Source of the DNA: a virus | Taxonomy: Duplodnaviria; Caudoviricetes | IMG/VR virus record: IMGVR_UViG_3300048577_000528 | Span: 1 to 49,850 of that record | Strand: one strand, 5' to 3' | DNA: 49,850 nucleotides | Shown: one piece after another, positions 9,066 through 18,170 of the stretch | How the letters are laid out: the number at the start of each line of letters is the position of its first letter | Numbering within the stretch: position 1 is the stretch's first letter | Translations under genes and position numbers: made by a program | Notes under the pieces: model-generated | Told to the model about the DNA's origin: nothing | The model's database searches: none | What the model saw: only the letters and a program-made list of their open reading frames with translations

Positions 9066-9496
9066 TACTGCACCTCAATGTCATCCAGGAAATCGTAATC
9101 GGTGAAGGTGAACGGACATTCGACCTTGCCGTTGACGGCGGCTTCCCAGTCAGCCAGTGTCAGGTCGTCGAAGGATACGCCGGTCAGCTGCACCCGCTCG
9201 GCGCCGTAGGCATCCGGGTCGGCCAGCTTTGAGATAACCGTGAAGCGCGGATCTCTTCCGGCCTTGACCTGCGCGCCGATCAGCCGCGCCATGCGGCTGG
9301 ATACCTTATGCAGACCGAGAGAGCCTGTGTATTTGATGGATGTGATCTTCGAATCCTCAGCCATGCGGCGGCAGATGTTAATGGTCTGCTTGTTGAAGCT
9401 GCCCTTTGCCTGGCACTTGAAGGCTTCGCCGACGTATTCGCCGTCCAGCCAGATTTCGCCGTGGGTGCCGTTAATGACTCTTTTTGCGCTGTCCAT
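9065..9496 (-). CDS. Tail tube protein (XkdM family)
   Basis: INGTHGEIWLDG, ISKLADPDAYGAERV and PFTFTDYDFLD motifs. Confidence 0.93.
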   Translation of the reverse strand: MDSAKRVINGTHGEIWLDGEYVGEAFKCQAKGSFNKQTINICRRMAEDSKITSIKYTGSLGLHKVSSRMARLIGAQVKAGRDPRFTVISKLADPDAYGAERVQLTGVSFDDLTLADWEAAVNGKVECPFTFTDYDFLDDIEVQ

Positions 9497-9508
9497 GGTC
9501 CAGCCTCC

Positions 9509-10579
9509 TTAAATCGTGATGTCGAGATCAATATCCTCGATGGCATCGAGAATCTTGATTGTTGTCCTGAAGAATACCTGGTCGCCGGTGTTGGCTTCCT
9601 TGATCTCCTGGTCCGTCATGGCGGCGGTGTCAATGCCCTGATCCTGCAGATAGCTTTCCTGCGCCGCCAGGTCGATCTCGACAACGCTGGCGCCGCTTTG
9701 GAGAATCCCGGCTGTCTCCAGCCCCGACAGATAGCTTTTGATCGCCGAAATGAGCAGGCACTTGTTGTCGTAGCTGTTGGCGTATTTGCCGATGTAGCTG
9801 TCCTCGGCGGTTGCGCGGATATCTTTCCGGATCATGTCGATCGCTTCGACGATCTTGATTTTCTGGAATGCTTCACCCTTGTCGGCTGTCAGTGTGGTCA
9901 GGCTGTTGACACCGCGTCCGACCTTGACCTTGATCCCGTCATGGAAGATGATAAACTTGCCGGCTTCGACAGCGGTATCCATGTCATCCTTCGACAGCCG
10001 GGTGACGTTGGACACCTCCGGCAGCGGCGCATAGGTGCTGGAGATGGTCATGGGCGTGCCGGCCAGCAGTCCGGCGATCCTGGAGCAGTACTGGGGCGTG
10101 GTGAAGGTCGTGCTGCCGACAACAATGCCGTCTGTGGTGAAATTGATAACGCCTTCAGAATCGGCGACGTAATCCGGCAGCACCGCCTTCGGCGTGAAGC
10201 CGTCTGCCCGCATGGCGGCGATCCAGGTGGCGATCTCCAGCGCGTCGTCGGCGTCCGTCTCCGGCGGACCGACAAGGTAATCGAGCTCCGAAACAAGCGT
10301 CTCAAAATGATCCAGCGCAGCGCTCAGGTTGGCCGCTGCAGCCGCAAGAACGTAAACGAGCACCTTCTTCGGCGGGTAAACGTAGCCGAGGAATGCCCGG
10401 GAAATGTAGCCCTGATTGGCAGCGCTCAGCGTACCGGGGATATCTGTCGCTTTTGTCAGCGCATGGGCGCCGTTGGCTGCAGAATCCTTGAGGATGATGG
10501 CCACCGTACCCTTCTGGGAGCGCTGAACGGCGCTGGCGGCAGCCGAGGAAAACGCGATGTTGATGCTCGGGAGTTTCAT
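9509..10579 (-). CDS. Tail sheath protein (XkdK-like)
   Basis: LPSINIAF, SRIAGLLAG, GRGVNSLTT, KIKIVEAIDMI and YIGKYANSYDNK motifs. Confidence 0.93.
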   Translation of the reverse strand: MKLPSINIAFSSAAASAVQRSQKGTVAIILKDSAANGAHALTKATDIPGTLSAANQGYISRAFLGYVYPPKKVLVYVLAAAAANLSAALDHFETLVSELDYLVGPPETDADDALEIATWIAAMRADGFTPKAVLPDYVADSEGVINFTTDGIVVGSTTFTTPQYCSRIAGLLAGTPMTISSTYAPLPEVSNVTRLSKDDMDTAVEAGKFIIFHDGIKVKVGRGVNSLTTLTADKGEAFQKIKIVEAIDMIRKDIRATAEDSYIGKYANSYDNKCLLISAIKSYLSGLETAGILQSGASVVEIDLAAQESYLQDQGIDTAAMTDQEIKEANTGDQVFFRTTIKILDAIEDIDLDITI

Positions 10580-10582
10580 ATG

Positions 10583-11038
10583 CTAACCCTCCTGTTTGAT
10601 GATTGTGTTGACGGCTGCGGCGACCGGCGGAGCCACCGCCGTCATAACGCGGTCATCGTAAAATTTCAAATGGATGTCGACAACCGCATCGGAAAACCCC
10701 GTGCCGCCCTTGATCTTTTCGATTCTGAGCTTTCTGTCGCCGACAACAAGGTACCCGGATGTAAACGCGCTCAGCATCTTATCCTTGGCCGTATTCAAAT
10801 CGTTGATGTCTGTCTGATTCCGTTCGTCAACGGTTCCGAAATAGGTCAGTGTCAGATAGACGTTACGGGAGACCGTCTTACAACTGACGTCCATCATATC
10901 GTCATCCTGGCATTCAATAAGCGCCGCCGGACGTTCGAAATCCTTCGGGCAAGCGTTGATATGCACCTGCTGAAGCTCCGGCAAAACCGCCACCACCAGA
11001 ACGTTGGCGGCATCAATGATGTCGTTGAGTGTAACCAT
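10583..11038 (-). CDS. Tail terminator/completion protein
   Basis: Position just before the sheath gene; KDFERPA motif. Confidence 0.7.
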   Translation of the reverse strand: MVTLNDIIDAANVLVVAVLPELQQVHINACPKDFERPAALIECQDDDMMDVSCKTVSRNVYLTLTYFGTVDERNQTDINDLNTAKDKMLSAFTSGYLVVGDRKLRIEKIKGGTGFSDAVVDIHLKFYDDRVMTAVAPPVAAAVNTIIKQEG

Positions 11039-11055
11039 CGGTACCCGCTCCTGTT

Positions 11056-11529
11056 CTATCGTTCGAACATGTCGGCCACGCTGTCAACATACCGCTCGGC
11101 TGCGGCCAGCGCGACAGGCTCCGCGTTGTTCCGGGCCGCTTCATAAAAGCCGTACCCGTCAACATAAGGCTTTTTTGCCCGTCCCTTCCGCCGGCGCTTC
11201 GCGGTGCCGGACGGCTTGCGGATTTTATGCCCGTTTTCCAGGTAATTGGTAATCGCACCGGGGCTGTTGCTGCTGCCCTTCGACCCTGTGCCCTGTACAG
11301 CTCGAACCGCGGCATACCCGCCGCCGGAGCCGACAAAATGCTCCTGATAACCCTTGATGCGTCCCCGGGTGTCCCGGACGCCGGTCGAAGTGATGTTATC
11401 CCTGACCTCAGCCAGTACGGCCGTGCCAATCTCCTCATGCATGCGGCGACGGGCGCCGGGTATTTCCCGCAGGATATGCTCAAAATCATGTTCGAGGTCG
11501 CGCAGACCGTTCAGTTCAACCGATTGCAT
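11056..11529 (-). CDS. HK97 gp10-like tail completion protein
   Basis: DTRGRI, YLENGH and YVDGYGFY motifs. Confidence 0.75.
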   Translation of the reverse strand: MQSVELNGLRDLEHDFEHILREIPGARRRMHEEIGTAVLAEVRDNITSTGVRDTRGRIKGYQEHFVGSGGGYAAVRAVQGTGSKGSSNSPGAITNYLENGHKIRKPSGTAKRRRKGRAKKPYVDGYGFYEAARNNAEPVALAAAERYVDSVADMFER

Positions 11530-12131
11530 CAGATGTCCGCCTCCCGCCTGATCTCATACTCATTCCGGTGCGCCTCCAGCGTCTGCGTCAGCACGACGGT
11601 GTAAGGTGCGCCTCCCACCGTCACAAGCTCCCCGGCCTTCAGCTCGATCACCTTTGGCGTCACGAGCACAAAGCTGGATTCCTCCACGGCCGTCGGCAGT
11701 TCCTGCGTCTGGCCCTGGAAGCGTTCTGTCAGACAGCCGGGGAACTCCAGTGTTGACGAAACGGTACGAACGGGGCGTTTCAGCTCGTCCACCTCGGTTT
11801 TTTCCCGGGTGACAGAGCAGACCGTCGGTTCAATGAGCGCCGCCGTGATTTCCATCCAGCCCCGCGCCTTGGTTGCGTCGATATCGGTGATAAAACAGTG
11901 CTGCCCGTTCCACCGGATGGCGTTGAGCAGCGTTAAAGCGCGGGCGCGCACCGTAAACCGGACAGCACGCCGGCCGACGCCCATGGTGGAGAACACGCTG
12001 ATCCGGTCCGTGCGTTCAGCCTGCGCCCATGCCGCAGATGACGCCGTCCACGCGTACCTGGAGCCGGACAACCCGAGTGACAAAATGTCAACCTTGTCCG
12101 TCAGGCTATAAGCCGTCGTAGTCGCCGGCAT
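11529..12131 (-). CDS. Head-closure/stopper protein, apparently two tandem domains
   Basis: Synteny after the head-tail connector; two ~100 aa beta-rich halves, each ending in an I/V.W/V.G..Y/F.I/V-type segment. Confidence 0.6.
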   Translation of the reverse strand: MPATTTAYSLTDKVDILSLGLSGSRYAWTASSAAWAQAERTDRISVFSTMGVGRRAVRFTVRARALTLLNAIRWNGQHCFITDIDATKARGWMEITAALIEPTVCSVTREKTEVDELKRPVRTVSSTLEFPGCLTERFQGQTQELPTAVEESSFVLVTPKVIELKAGELVTVGGAPYTVVLTQTLEAHRNEYEIRREADI

Positions 12132-12408
12132 GCATCTTCCCCTCCTTGACCTTGGCGTCGAGTTGCGCCACCTTCATGGTGTAAGACGACGGCAGCGGAA
12201 CGCCGTCATACAAACTGACAAGGAGCAGCATGGCGGCAATCTTCGAGGTCGGGTCAACCGGGTCGTCGGCGGTCCAGTCCCGCCCGGTTTCTGTTTTAAG
12301 GGCGTCATCAACGCCGGCCAGCAGCATTTCCAGCGTCGGGCATTCGTCTGTGCTTGTCATCCGCAGCACACCGAGCGCCTCCGCCTCTGTTAAAACATGC
12401 AGCGCCAT
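12106..12408 (-). CDS. Head-tail connector (HK97 gp6-like)
   Basis: LTEAEALGVLRM, LKTETG and AAMLLLVSLYD motifs. Confidence 0.75.
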   Translation of the reverse strand: MALHVLTEAEALGVLRMTSTDECPTLEMLLAGVDDALKTETGRDWTADDPVDPTSKIAAMLLLVSLYDGVPLPSSYTMKVAQLDAKVKEGKMHAGDYDGL

Positions 12409-12422
12409 GCTGTCACCTCTCC

Positions 12423-13358
12423 TTATACCAACAGGTAAATGTCGACGTCCTTGCCGTTCAGTGCGCTGTTCAGATCAATGGTGTTGCTTTCAATGGCCGT
12501 CGCCGAAACAGCGACCGTCGGCGCCGTACCTTCCCGCGCGTTATCCAGGCAAGCGAAAAGCACTGTGTTGTGCGGCAGGAGATACGGCAAGCCAAGGATA
12601 TCGCTGAAGCCGATGGAAACGGTGTCATACGCCACGCCTGCTGTAGTGTTCGCAGAGCTCGCGGCAGTCGTCAGTCCGGCGCAGGTACCGTTATCGATGG
12701 AAACGTTCAGGTCCGCGATATTCGCCGCTGCCGTGAGACGCGTCAGAAGTACCAGGGCGCCGGTGCCGCCAACCGAAAACAGCGCTGTCACTGCGGCGTC
12801 CGCGGCAAGCGCCGTCCGGATCTTGCCGGCGACTGCAGCCGCATTGTCGTTCAAGGCCACCGCAACAGGGATTGTTTTCGGAGAACCCGTCATGCCGGTA
12901 CATGTGACAACCACAGTAGCGTTGCCGGCCGTCGAAATCGTCCCAACGACAGTAGCGGTTTCCACCTGGGCGGCGTGGGCGTGGCTTTCTGCCGGCAGCT
13001 CGATAGAGGTGACGGCCTTGAAGGCCTTCGCACCGTCCGCGGCGCTGGCGCCATTCAGCGCGATGGTTTCGGAGATTGCTTCACCCTTGTAGTTGGTTCC
13101 GCTGATAACGACGTTCTCGGCAACACCGGCGGCGTTCCCCTTGATGCGAATACCGCGCGGCGTGCCGGGATTCGTGATGCCGGTCGCGACCGTCTGAGCC
13201 TCCAAGCCCAGATTCACCGCAGCGTGCACGGCCGTGTTGCTTGCCGCCGGCGCGTTCGCACCGAGTATTTTCATATGGGCATCGAAAGCCCGGTCAACGA
13301 AAACACCATCCACGTCGGTTTGAATCTTCTGGCCCATTTTGTGGTTAAAAGGAAACAT
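12423..13358 (-). CDS. Putative capsid decoration / virion structural protein
   Basis: Ala/Thr/Val-rich beta protein directly after the MCP; ITNP..PR.I...G and V.ISGTN..GE.ISETIAL motifs. Confidence 0.55.
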   Translation of the reverse strand: MFPFNHKMGQKIQTDVDGVFVDRAFDAHMKILGANAPAASNTAVHAAVNLGLEAQTVATGITNPGTPRGIRIKGNAAGVAENVVISGTNYKGEAISETIALNGASAADGAKAFKAVTSIELPAESHAHAAQVETATVVGTISTAGNATVVVTCTGMTGSPKTIPVAVALNDNAAAVAGKIRTALAADAAVTALFSVGGTGALVLLTRLTAAANIADLNVSIDNGTCAGLTTAASSANTTAGVAYDTVSIGFSDILGLPYLLPHNTVLFACLDNAREGTAPTVAVSATAIESNTIDLNSALNGKDVDIYLLV

Positions 13359-13394
13359 ATTCTTACTCCTCTCTAATCGCTTAAAAACACGAAT

Positions 13395-13426
13395 TAGAAG
13401 AATAGGCCCCGGTTACCCGAGGCCTT
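13395..13426 (-). terminator. Hairpin / weak terminator after the major capsid gene
   Basis: AGGCCTCGG-GTAA-CCGGGGCCT followed by ATTCTTCT on - strand. Confidence 0.45.
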
Positions 13427-13442
13427 GCCCATAAACAGTTGA

Positions 13443-14783
13443 TCAGGCGCCCTTCTTGACGATGACGACGCCGTAGGGGTCGATCAGCTTCCCGTCGGCA
13501 ATCAGGATGGCCTTGTCAACCCATTCGTTGGTGTCATGGTCGAAGTAGCGGAACATCATCATTTGCATGTTGCTGTTGAAGCCGTAGTTGCTCAGGTTGC
13601 AGTAGATGGCGACGACATCGCCGACATTGGCGTCGTCGTACGGCGCGATGATATCGTCCTCAACCTGGATGACTTCCTTACCGCCGAAGCGCTCCTGGGG
13701 GCCGTCCGTAATGCCGTAGTTGACGCGGCCCACCGGCTGGCCGTTGGCGTCGGTCATGCCATCAATGTACCCCTCGAAGGTGCCCGAGGCCATAAGAAAA
13801 GTAGCGCCGGCCTTATAGGCCAGCGGCATCTTTCCGAAGACCTTCTTTTTCCAGGAATCCCAGGCGGCAAACTCGACGGAAGACATGGTGATGATATTCG
13901 CCGCAGGGACTCGGGCGTCCTGGGTGATGCCGAGCATCTTGCCGGTGCCGTCCGCGCTGATGACACCGATCTCCACCGCTTTGATCATGGCCTCGACAAT
14001 GAGGTCCGTGATCACGTTCTCAAAGCCGGGCAGCGACACGGTATCGGCCAGCAGCGAGGTCGAAACCTTGCATTCAAGCCCGTAATAGCTGAAGGTAACG
14101 TTGGTGTTCGCCTGGACCTTTTTCTTGTCAGACGTGGCGGCTTCGCCGATCCAGGTCGCCGTCGGCTTCAGGGAGAGGATCGGGATGCTGACGCCGCCTT
14201 TAATGTTGAGTTTCCGGAGGCGCTTGTAGACCTGGCCGTAGATACCGATCTTCCGGATGACCTCATTGAGGATCGTCGACGGGATAACAGCCGAAATGTC
14301 GCTGGTCTGGGTCATGGCGTCGGCACGCTGCTCCGGGAACAGCGTCTGCGAAACCTCACCCTTTGTGGCGAACTTCATGAACGCCTGCCTGTATTCCAGC
14401 GTCGCGTATTTGTCCTCAGGCTCCTCGGACCTGCCTTCGGAACCCTGCGGCTTGCCGCCGCCCATGGAATATGTACCCAGCGGTTTAAAGCCGCCAACCG
14501 GAGGCCTGCCCCTGCCTTCGGGTTCGCCGCCATTGTTCCCTTCGGAACCATCAGCTCCGCCGGCGCCGTTCCCGCCGTCACCGGCTTCGGCTGCCGCTTC
14601 GGCGGCCTCGGCCTCGGTAATGGCCGCACGGAGCTCTGTAATGTTGGTGTTGACCGCGTCGATGTCTTTCATCAGGCTGCGTACGACGGCGGCGTCGGTG
14701 GCCGCGTCAACCTGGCCGCTGAGAGCTGTCTTTCTTGCCTCCATGTCGGAAAGCATTTTCTTCAGTCTTGCAGAAAGCTTCAT
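13443..14783 (-). CDS. Major capsid protein, HK97 fold with N-terminal delta/scaffold domain
   Basis: N-terminal coiled coil, EYRQAF, VIPSTI, ATWIGE, GTGKMLGI and D.NGQP motifs. Confidence 0.93.
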   Translation of the reverse strand: MKLSARLKKMLSDMEARKTALSGQVDAATDAAVVRSLMKDIDAVNTNITELRAAITEAEAAEAAAEAGDGGNGAGGADGSEGNNGGEPEGRGRPPVGGFKPLGTYSMGGGKPQGSEGRSEEPEDKYATLEYRQAFMKFATKGEVSQTLFPEQRADAMTQTSDISAVIPSTILNEVIRKIGIYGQVYKRLRKLNIKGGVSIPILSLKPTATWIGEAATSDKKKVQANTNVTFSYYGLECKVSTSLLADTVSLPGFENVITDLIVEAMIKAVEIGVISADGTGKMLGITQDARVPAANIITMSSVEFAAWDSWKKKVFGKMPLAYKAGATFLMASGTFEGYIDGMTDANGQPVGRVNYGITDGPQERFGGKEVIQVEDDIIAPYDDANVGDVVAIYCNLSNYGFNSNMQMMMFRYFDHDTNEWVDKAILIADGKLIDPYGVVIVKKGA

Positions 14784-14797
14784 AAGTATTATCTCTC

Positions 14798-15472
14798 CTA
14801 AATCATTAATTTCGCGCGGGCTTTGAGCTTCATCAGCTCCAGGTCATCGCTGTTCTGTCCGGCGGAACTCTCCAGTTCCGCAGCACGAGCCCTGGCACTC
14901 TCCAGTGTCAGCCGGGCGCTCTCCAGCGCCTCTTGGCTCCGGGCAGATATATCAGTCCCGGGATTGGCCGGGAAGGATACGCTTCCTACTTCGTATATCA
15001 CCGCGATATCTGTGATGGTGCGCTTCGGCATGTCGCTGTCGAGCTTTTCCCATTCCTCACCGCGGACAACAAAAATATACGACATGCCGGACATGTCGCC
15101 GCGCTTGATACTGCTGTAAAGGGCCTTGGCTTCCACGTTGTTTTCAGCATCCAGCACCGCCCGGGTATAAAGGCCCTGTTCATCAACGCCGAGCTTCAGC
15201 GTCGAGTTGGCGTTATTGTTCCGGCTTCTGGCCAGCGGGATCCTTTTCAGATCGTGGTTAATGCAGAACAGCACATCTGAAAAATCGGTTTTATCAAAAG
15301 CGCCCCGGGCGATGACCTCCGTGTAATACCCCATGTCGTATTCCTGTCCGAATACGGCGGCATGTCCTTCCACGACAAAACCTTCATCTGCCGCCCTCAG
15401 GTCAGGTATCGCATAGGCCCGGACTTCCCTTGTCCCGACCTTCGGCAGTTCCTTGGTGTTCGGTTTACTCAT
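14798..15472 (-). CDS. HK97 family prohead protease
   Basis: VEGHAAVF, EVIARGAF, INHD, GMSY.F.V and EVGSVSFPA motifs. Confidence 0.93.
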   Translation of the reverse strand: MSKPNTKELPKVGTREVRAYAIPDLRAADEGFVVEGHAAVFGQEYDMGYYTEVIARGAFDKTDFSDVLFCINHDLKRIPLARSRNNNANSTLKLGVDEQGLYTRAVLDAENNVEAKALYSSIKRGDMSGMSYIFVVRGEEWEKLDSDMPKRTITDIAVIYEVGSVSFPANPGTDISARSQEALESARLTLESARARAAELESSAGQNSDDLELMKLKARAKLMI

Positions 15473-16781
15473 TTCCGTCCCCTCCATTATTGTTTGTCCC
15501 GCCGCCATTGGCTGCGGCTCCGCCGGTGCCGGTGCCTCCGCCGGACGATGAATGTGAATCGATGCCCGCTCTGGCCAGCTGATATCCGTCCCAGATGTCC
15601 GCGTTAATGTAGTTCAGGCTGGCCACGCGGACATCGCCGCCTTCGTACGATTCGATGCCGAACAGCTCAAGAATAAAATTGTTGGTGAGCGCCCCGCGGT
15701 CACCAACGTTTTTGATAATTTCGATCTTGTTTTTAACGGTCAGCGTCTCAAGCGCAAAATTATAAAACATAATAGCATTCCCGTAGGACCGCTCCGTCTT
15801 GGTGCAAAGGACCTTCGAATACGCCTGATTCATGCCAATGATAATGCGCTCCAGCGTCTTATTGTAAAACGCCTGCTGCTCGTCGTCGTTGGCTGTTCCG
15901 TTCAGGATCGGCAGCGACACCCCGTACCACCGCAGGATTTTATTCTGGATGAAATCCAGGGTATCCTTGTCCACCATCTTCGGGTCAATTGTGATCGGCT
16001 GATAATCCGATTTGTAGTCCCCGGAAATGATACCTGAGCCATCCTCAGCGATCTGCTTCTCCAAGGCCAGCCGCTCGGCTGTCTGCTTTTCATCCTCCAT
16101 GACGCTGTTGATTTTCAGAATGCCGCGAATCTGCATGCTGGTTTTGATGGCCTTGCCGACGCCCTGCAGCAAGGTGTCGTTGATCTCCAGCGTCTTGAGC
16201 AGTGCCGTGTTGTCCGGCTGGCCGTTTTGTCCGCCACCCATCACATCATTAACACTGAATTTTTTACGCAGGTGGATAACCTCGGCATACGGCAGCGTAT
16301 AATTCTGCCCATTGGCAAAATGCATTTTAACAAACAACCGGCCCGTGGCATCCTCAAGAAAATCCACCTCCGTCGGATTCAACGGGTAAAGCCCCGTATA
16401 CCGCCGCGTGCTCCTGCCGCTCTGCGAATCAACAACGATTTCATAGGTCGGATAGATAAAAGCGTTATAGTTCAGCAGCAGCGACCATATCTGCTTTTCT
16501 ATGAAATCCGCAGTCGTCATCAGCTCGTTAGGCGCGCAGGCAAACAGATTATTGAGCGCATCGCCGGCAAGGCGGTCGATCTTACCCTTTGCGTCCCTTC
16601 GGATATGGCGCGGCTGCAGCTTGGCAAGCTCGGTAGCAATACAGTCAACACAGGTCTGGACGACATCGGAAGCATAAATACTCCGCCCGAACTGCGAAAA
16701 CAGCGGCATGGAGTTATCCAAGAATTTTGCATACTGCATCGTCTGGGTCTGATTGCTTTTAAAAAGGCTGTCCAACAGCAT
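15465..16781 (-). CDS. Portal protein (HK97 family)
   Basis: CVDCIATELAKL, PNELMT and EVIHLR motifs; upstream of the protease. Confidence 0.92.
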   Translation of the reverse strand: MLLDSLFKSNQTQTMQYAKFLDNSMPLFSQFGRSIYASDVVQTCVDCIATELAKLQPRHIRRDAKGKIDRLAGDALNNLFACAPNELMTTADFIEKQIWSLLLNYNAFIYPTYEIVVDSQSGRSTRRYTGLYPLNPTEVDFLEDATGRLFVKMHFANGQNYTLPYAEVIHLRKKFSVNDVMGGGQNGQPDNTALLKTLEINDTLLQGVGKAIKTSMQIRGILKINSVMEDEKQTAERLALEKQIAEDGSGIISGDYKSDYQPITIDPKMVDKDTLDFIQNKILRWYGVSLPILNGTANDDEQQAFYNKTLERIIIGMNQAYSKVLCTKTERSYGNAIMFYNFALETLTVKNKIEIIKNVGDRGALTNNFILELFGIESYEGGDVRVASLNYINADIWDGYQLARAGIDSHSSSGGGTGTGGAAANGGGTNNNGGDGNE

Positions 16782-16786
16782 TTACA

Positions 16787-16954
16787 TCACCTCCCGCTCG
16801 CCTGTTTTTTCGCAATAAAAAAAGCCAGTGCCAAACAGCACAGGCCCGTCATTATGTATCCAGCCGGCTTATATATCAAGAAAACCCCCGCTGATATCAG
16901 CCCCATCCCCGCGAATAGAAATACGATATCCATCAAGTATATAAGCTTCCTCAA
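16787..16954 (-). CDS. Small membrane protein normally located between terL and portal (DUF1056-like; absent from the ORF track)
   Basis: Manual translation (TTG start) RKLIYLMDIVFLFAGMGLISAGVFLIYKPAGYIMTGLCCLALAFFIAKKQASGR; AGGTGA RBS. Confidence 0.7.
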   Translation of the reverse strand: MRKLIYLMDIVFLFAGMGLISAGVFLIYKPAGYIMTGLCCLALAFFIAKKQASGR

Positions 16955-17109
16955 AACATCACCTTCGTTGTTTTATATGATTAATCCTGTTAATCGCAGT
17001 AAATTTTCAATTGTATTGAAGTTGCTATAAATGTACCAATTCAAATTCAAAGCTATATCACAAAGAGCAGTTCATCGGTCAGCTTTTATCGAAATTTATC
17101 ATTATTTTA

Positions 17110-17141
17110 TTGATGGAGCACCTAATTGGTGTTAATATAAT
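17110..17141 (+). promoter_or_regulatory. Putative SigA promoter for sir2-herA
   Basis: TTGATG-17 bp-TAATAT with extended TG; a TATAAT overlaps it. Confidence 0.5.
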
Positions 17142-17171
17142 AGGAAATATTAGGTAAGCAAGGTGCTTAAA

Positions 17172-18161
17172 ATGGAAATCAACGATATTTTTAAGTTTGC
17201 TCAAAAATCAATAAACAGTACTCCATTAATACTTGTTGGAACCGGCTGTTCAATACCATATGGGATCCCTGGTATGTCGACACTATCAGGGCACTTAATA
17301 CGGCAATTAAAGCCAAAGTACACTGGTGATGCCATATGGGATACTTTTGAAAGCAACCTCAATCGCGGTCTCGACCTGGAAACAGCATTAACCGGATTAG
17401 CATTGTCAGTAGAATTATTAAAGGATATTGCGTGTGAAACATGGAGGCTTATCTCATTAAGTGATTTAGCTCTATTAAGAGATATTCTAATCAATCATCG
17501 ACAAATAGCATTATCAAGCCTTATCAAGAGGTTTTGTACAGCGCATCCCAAATGCGTTAATATAATAACAACGAATTACGATCGCCTTATTGAATATGCA
17601 TGTGACATTGCTCAGTGCGACGTAAATACAAAATTCCGCGGTTTATACCTAAAACATTATTCATCTCAAGCATTATGTCAGCATAACGTTGTTAACGTTA
17701 TAAAAATACACGGGTCATTGGATGTTTTCAAAGATGCTCTCGGCGGAGAATATGCGTTACCTCTACAACATGAAATTCCTGTTGGCATGGTTCCATCAAT
17801 TATTACTCCAGGTTCTTCAAAGTATGAATCCATACTCAAAGGTACCTCAAGGCAATTGTTATCTGAAGTTGATTCTTTGATAAAGACGGCACCCTCGTAT
17901 CTCTGTATTGGATATGGATTTAATGATGAGCAGATACAAGAGAACATTATAACGGAAGTAAGAAAGGGGAAGCCAATTACTCTGATAACAAAAGAAATTT
18001 CTGCGAAGGCAGCATCATTGTTTGAAAATAATAGTAGCAATTACATAACGATACAAGAGGGTAAATCCCCAGGCACTAGTGAAATAGTTATCAATCGTGA
18101 TAAGGTTCAAACAGACGGCACATATTGGACTATTGATGGATACTTGTCCATGATTGAATAG
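17172..18161 (+). CDS. SIR2-like (SIR2_2) NADase, Sir2-HerA defence system
   Basis: LVGTGCS, ITTNYDRLIE, KIHGSLD and IGYGFND motifs; AT-rich; antisense to the phage late genes. Confidence 0.92.
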   Translation: MEINDIFKFAQKSINSTPLILVGTGCSIPYGIPGMSTLSGHLIRQLKPKYTGDAIWDTFESNLNRGLDLETALTGLALSVELLKDIACETWRLISLSDLALLRDILINHRQIALSSLIKRFCTAHPKCVNIITTNYDRLIEYACDIAQCDVNTKFRGLYLKHYSSQALCQHNVVNVIKIHGSLDVFKDALGGEYALPLQHEIPVGMVPSIITPGSSKYESILKGTSRQLLSEVDSLIKTAPSYLCIGYGFNDEQIQENIITEVRKGKPITLITKEISAKAASLFENNSSNYITIQEGKSPGTSEIVINRDKVQTDGTYWTIDGYLSMIE

Positions 18162-18170
18162 GAGGATGGC

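Noticed and set aside
9308-11146. 612 aa + strand ORF, and similar long antisense ORFs at 13536-14801, 12354-13376, 6754-7719 and 40133-41017
   Set aside because: Shadow frames of well-supported - strand genes in GC-rich DNA; no motifs or RBS
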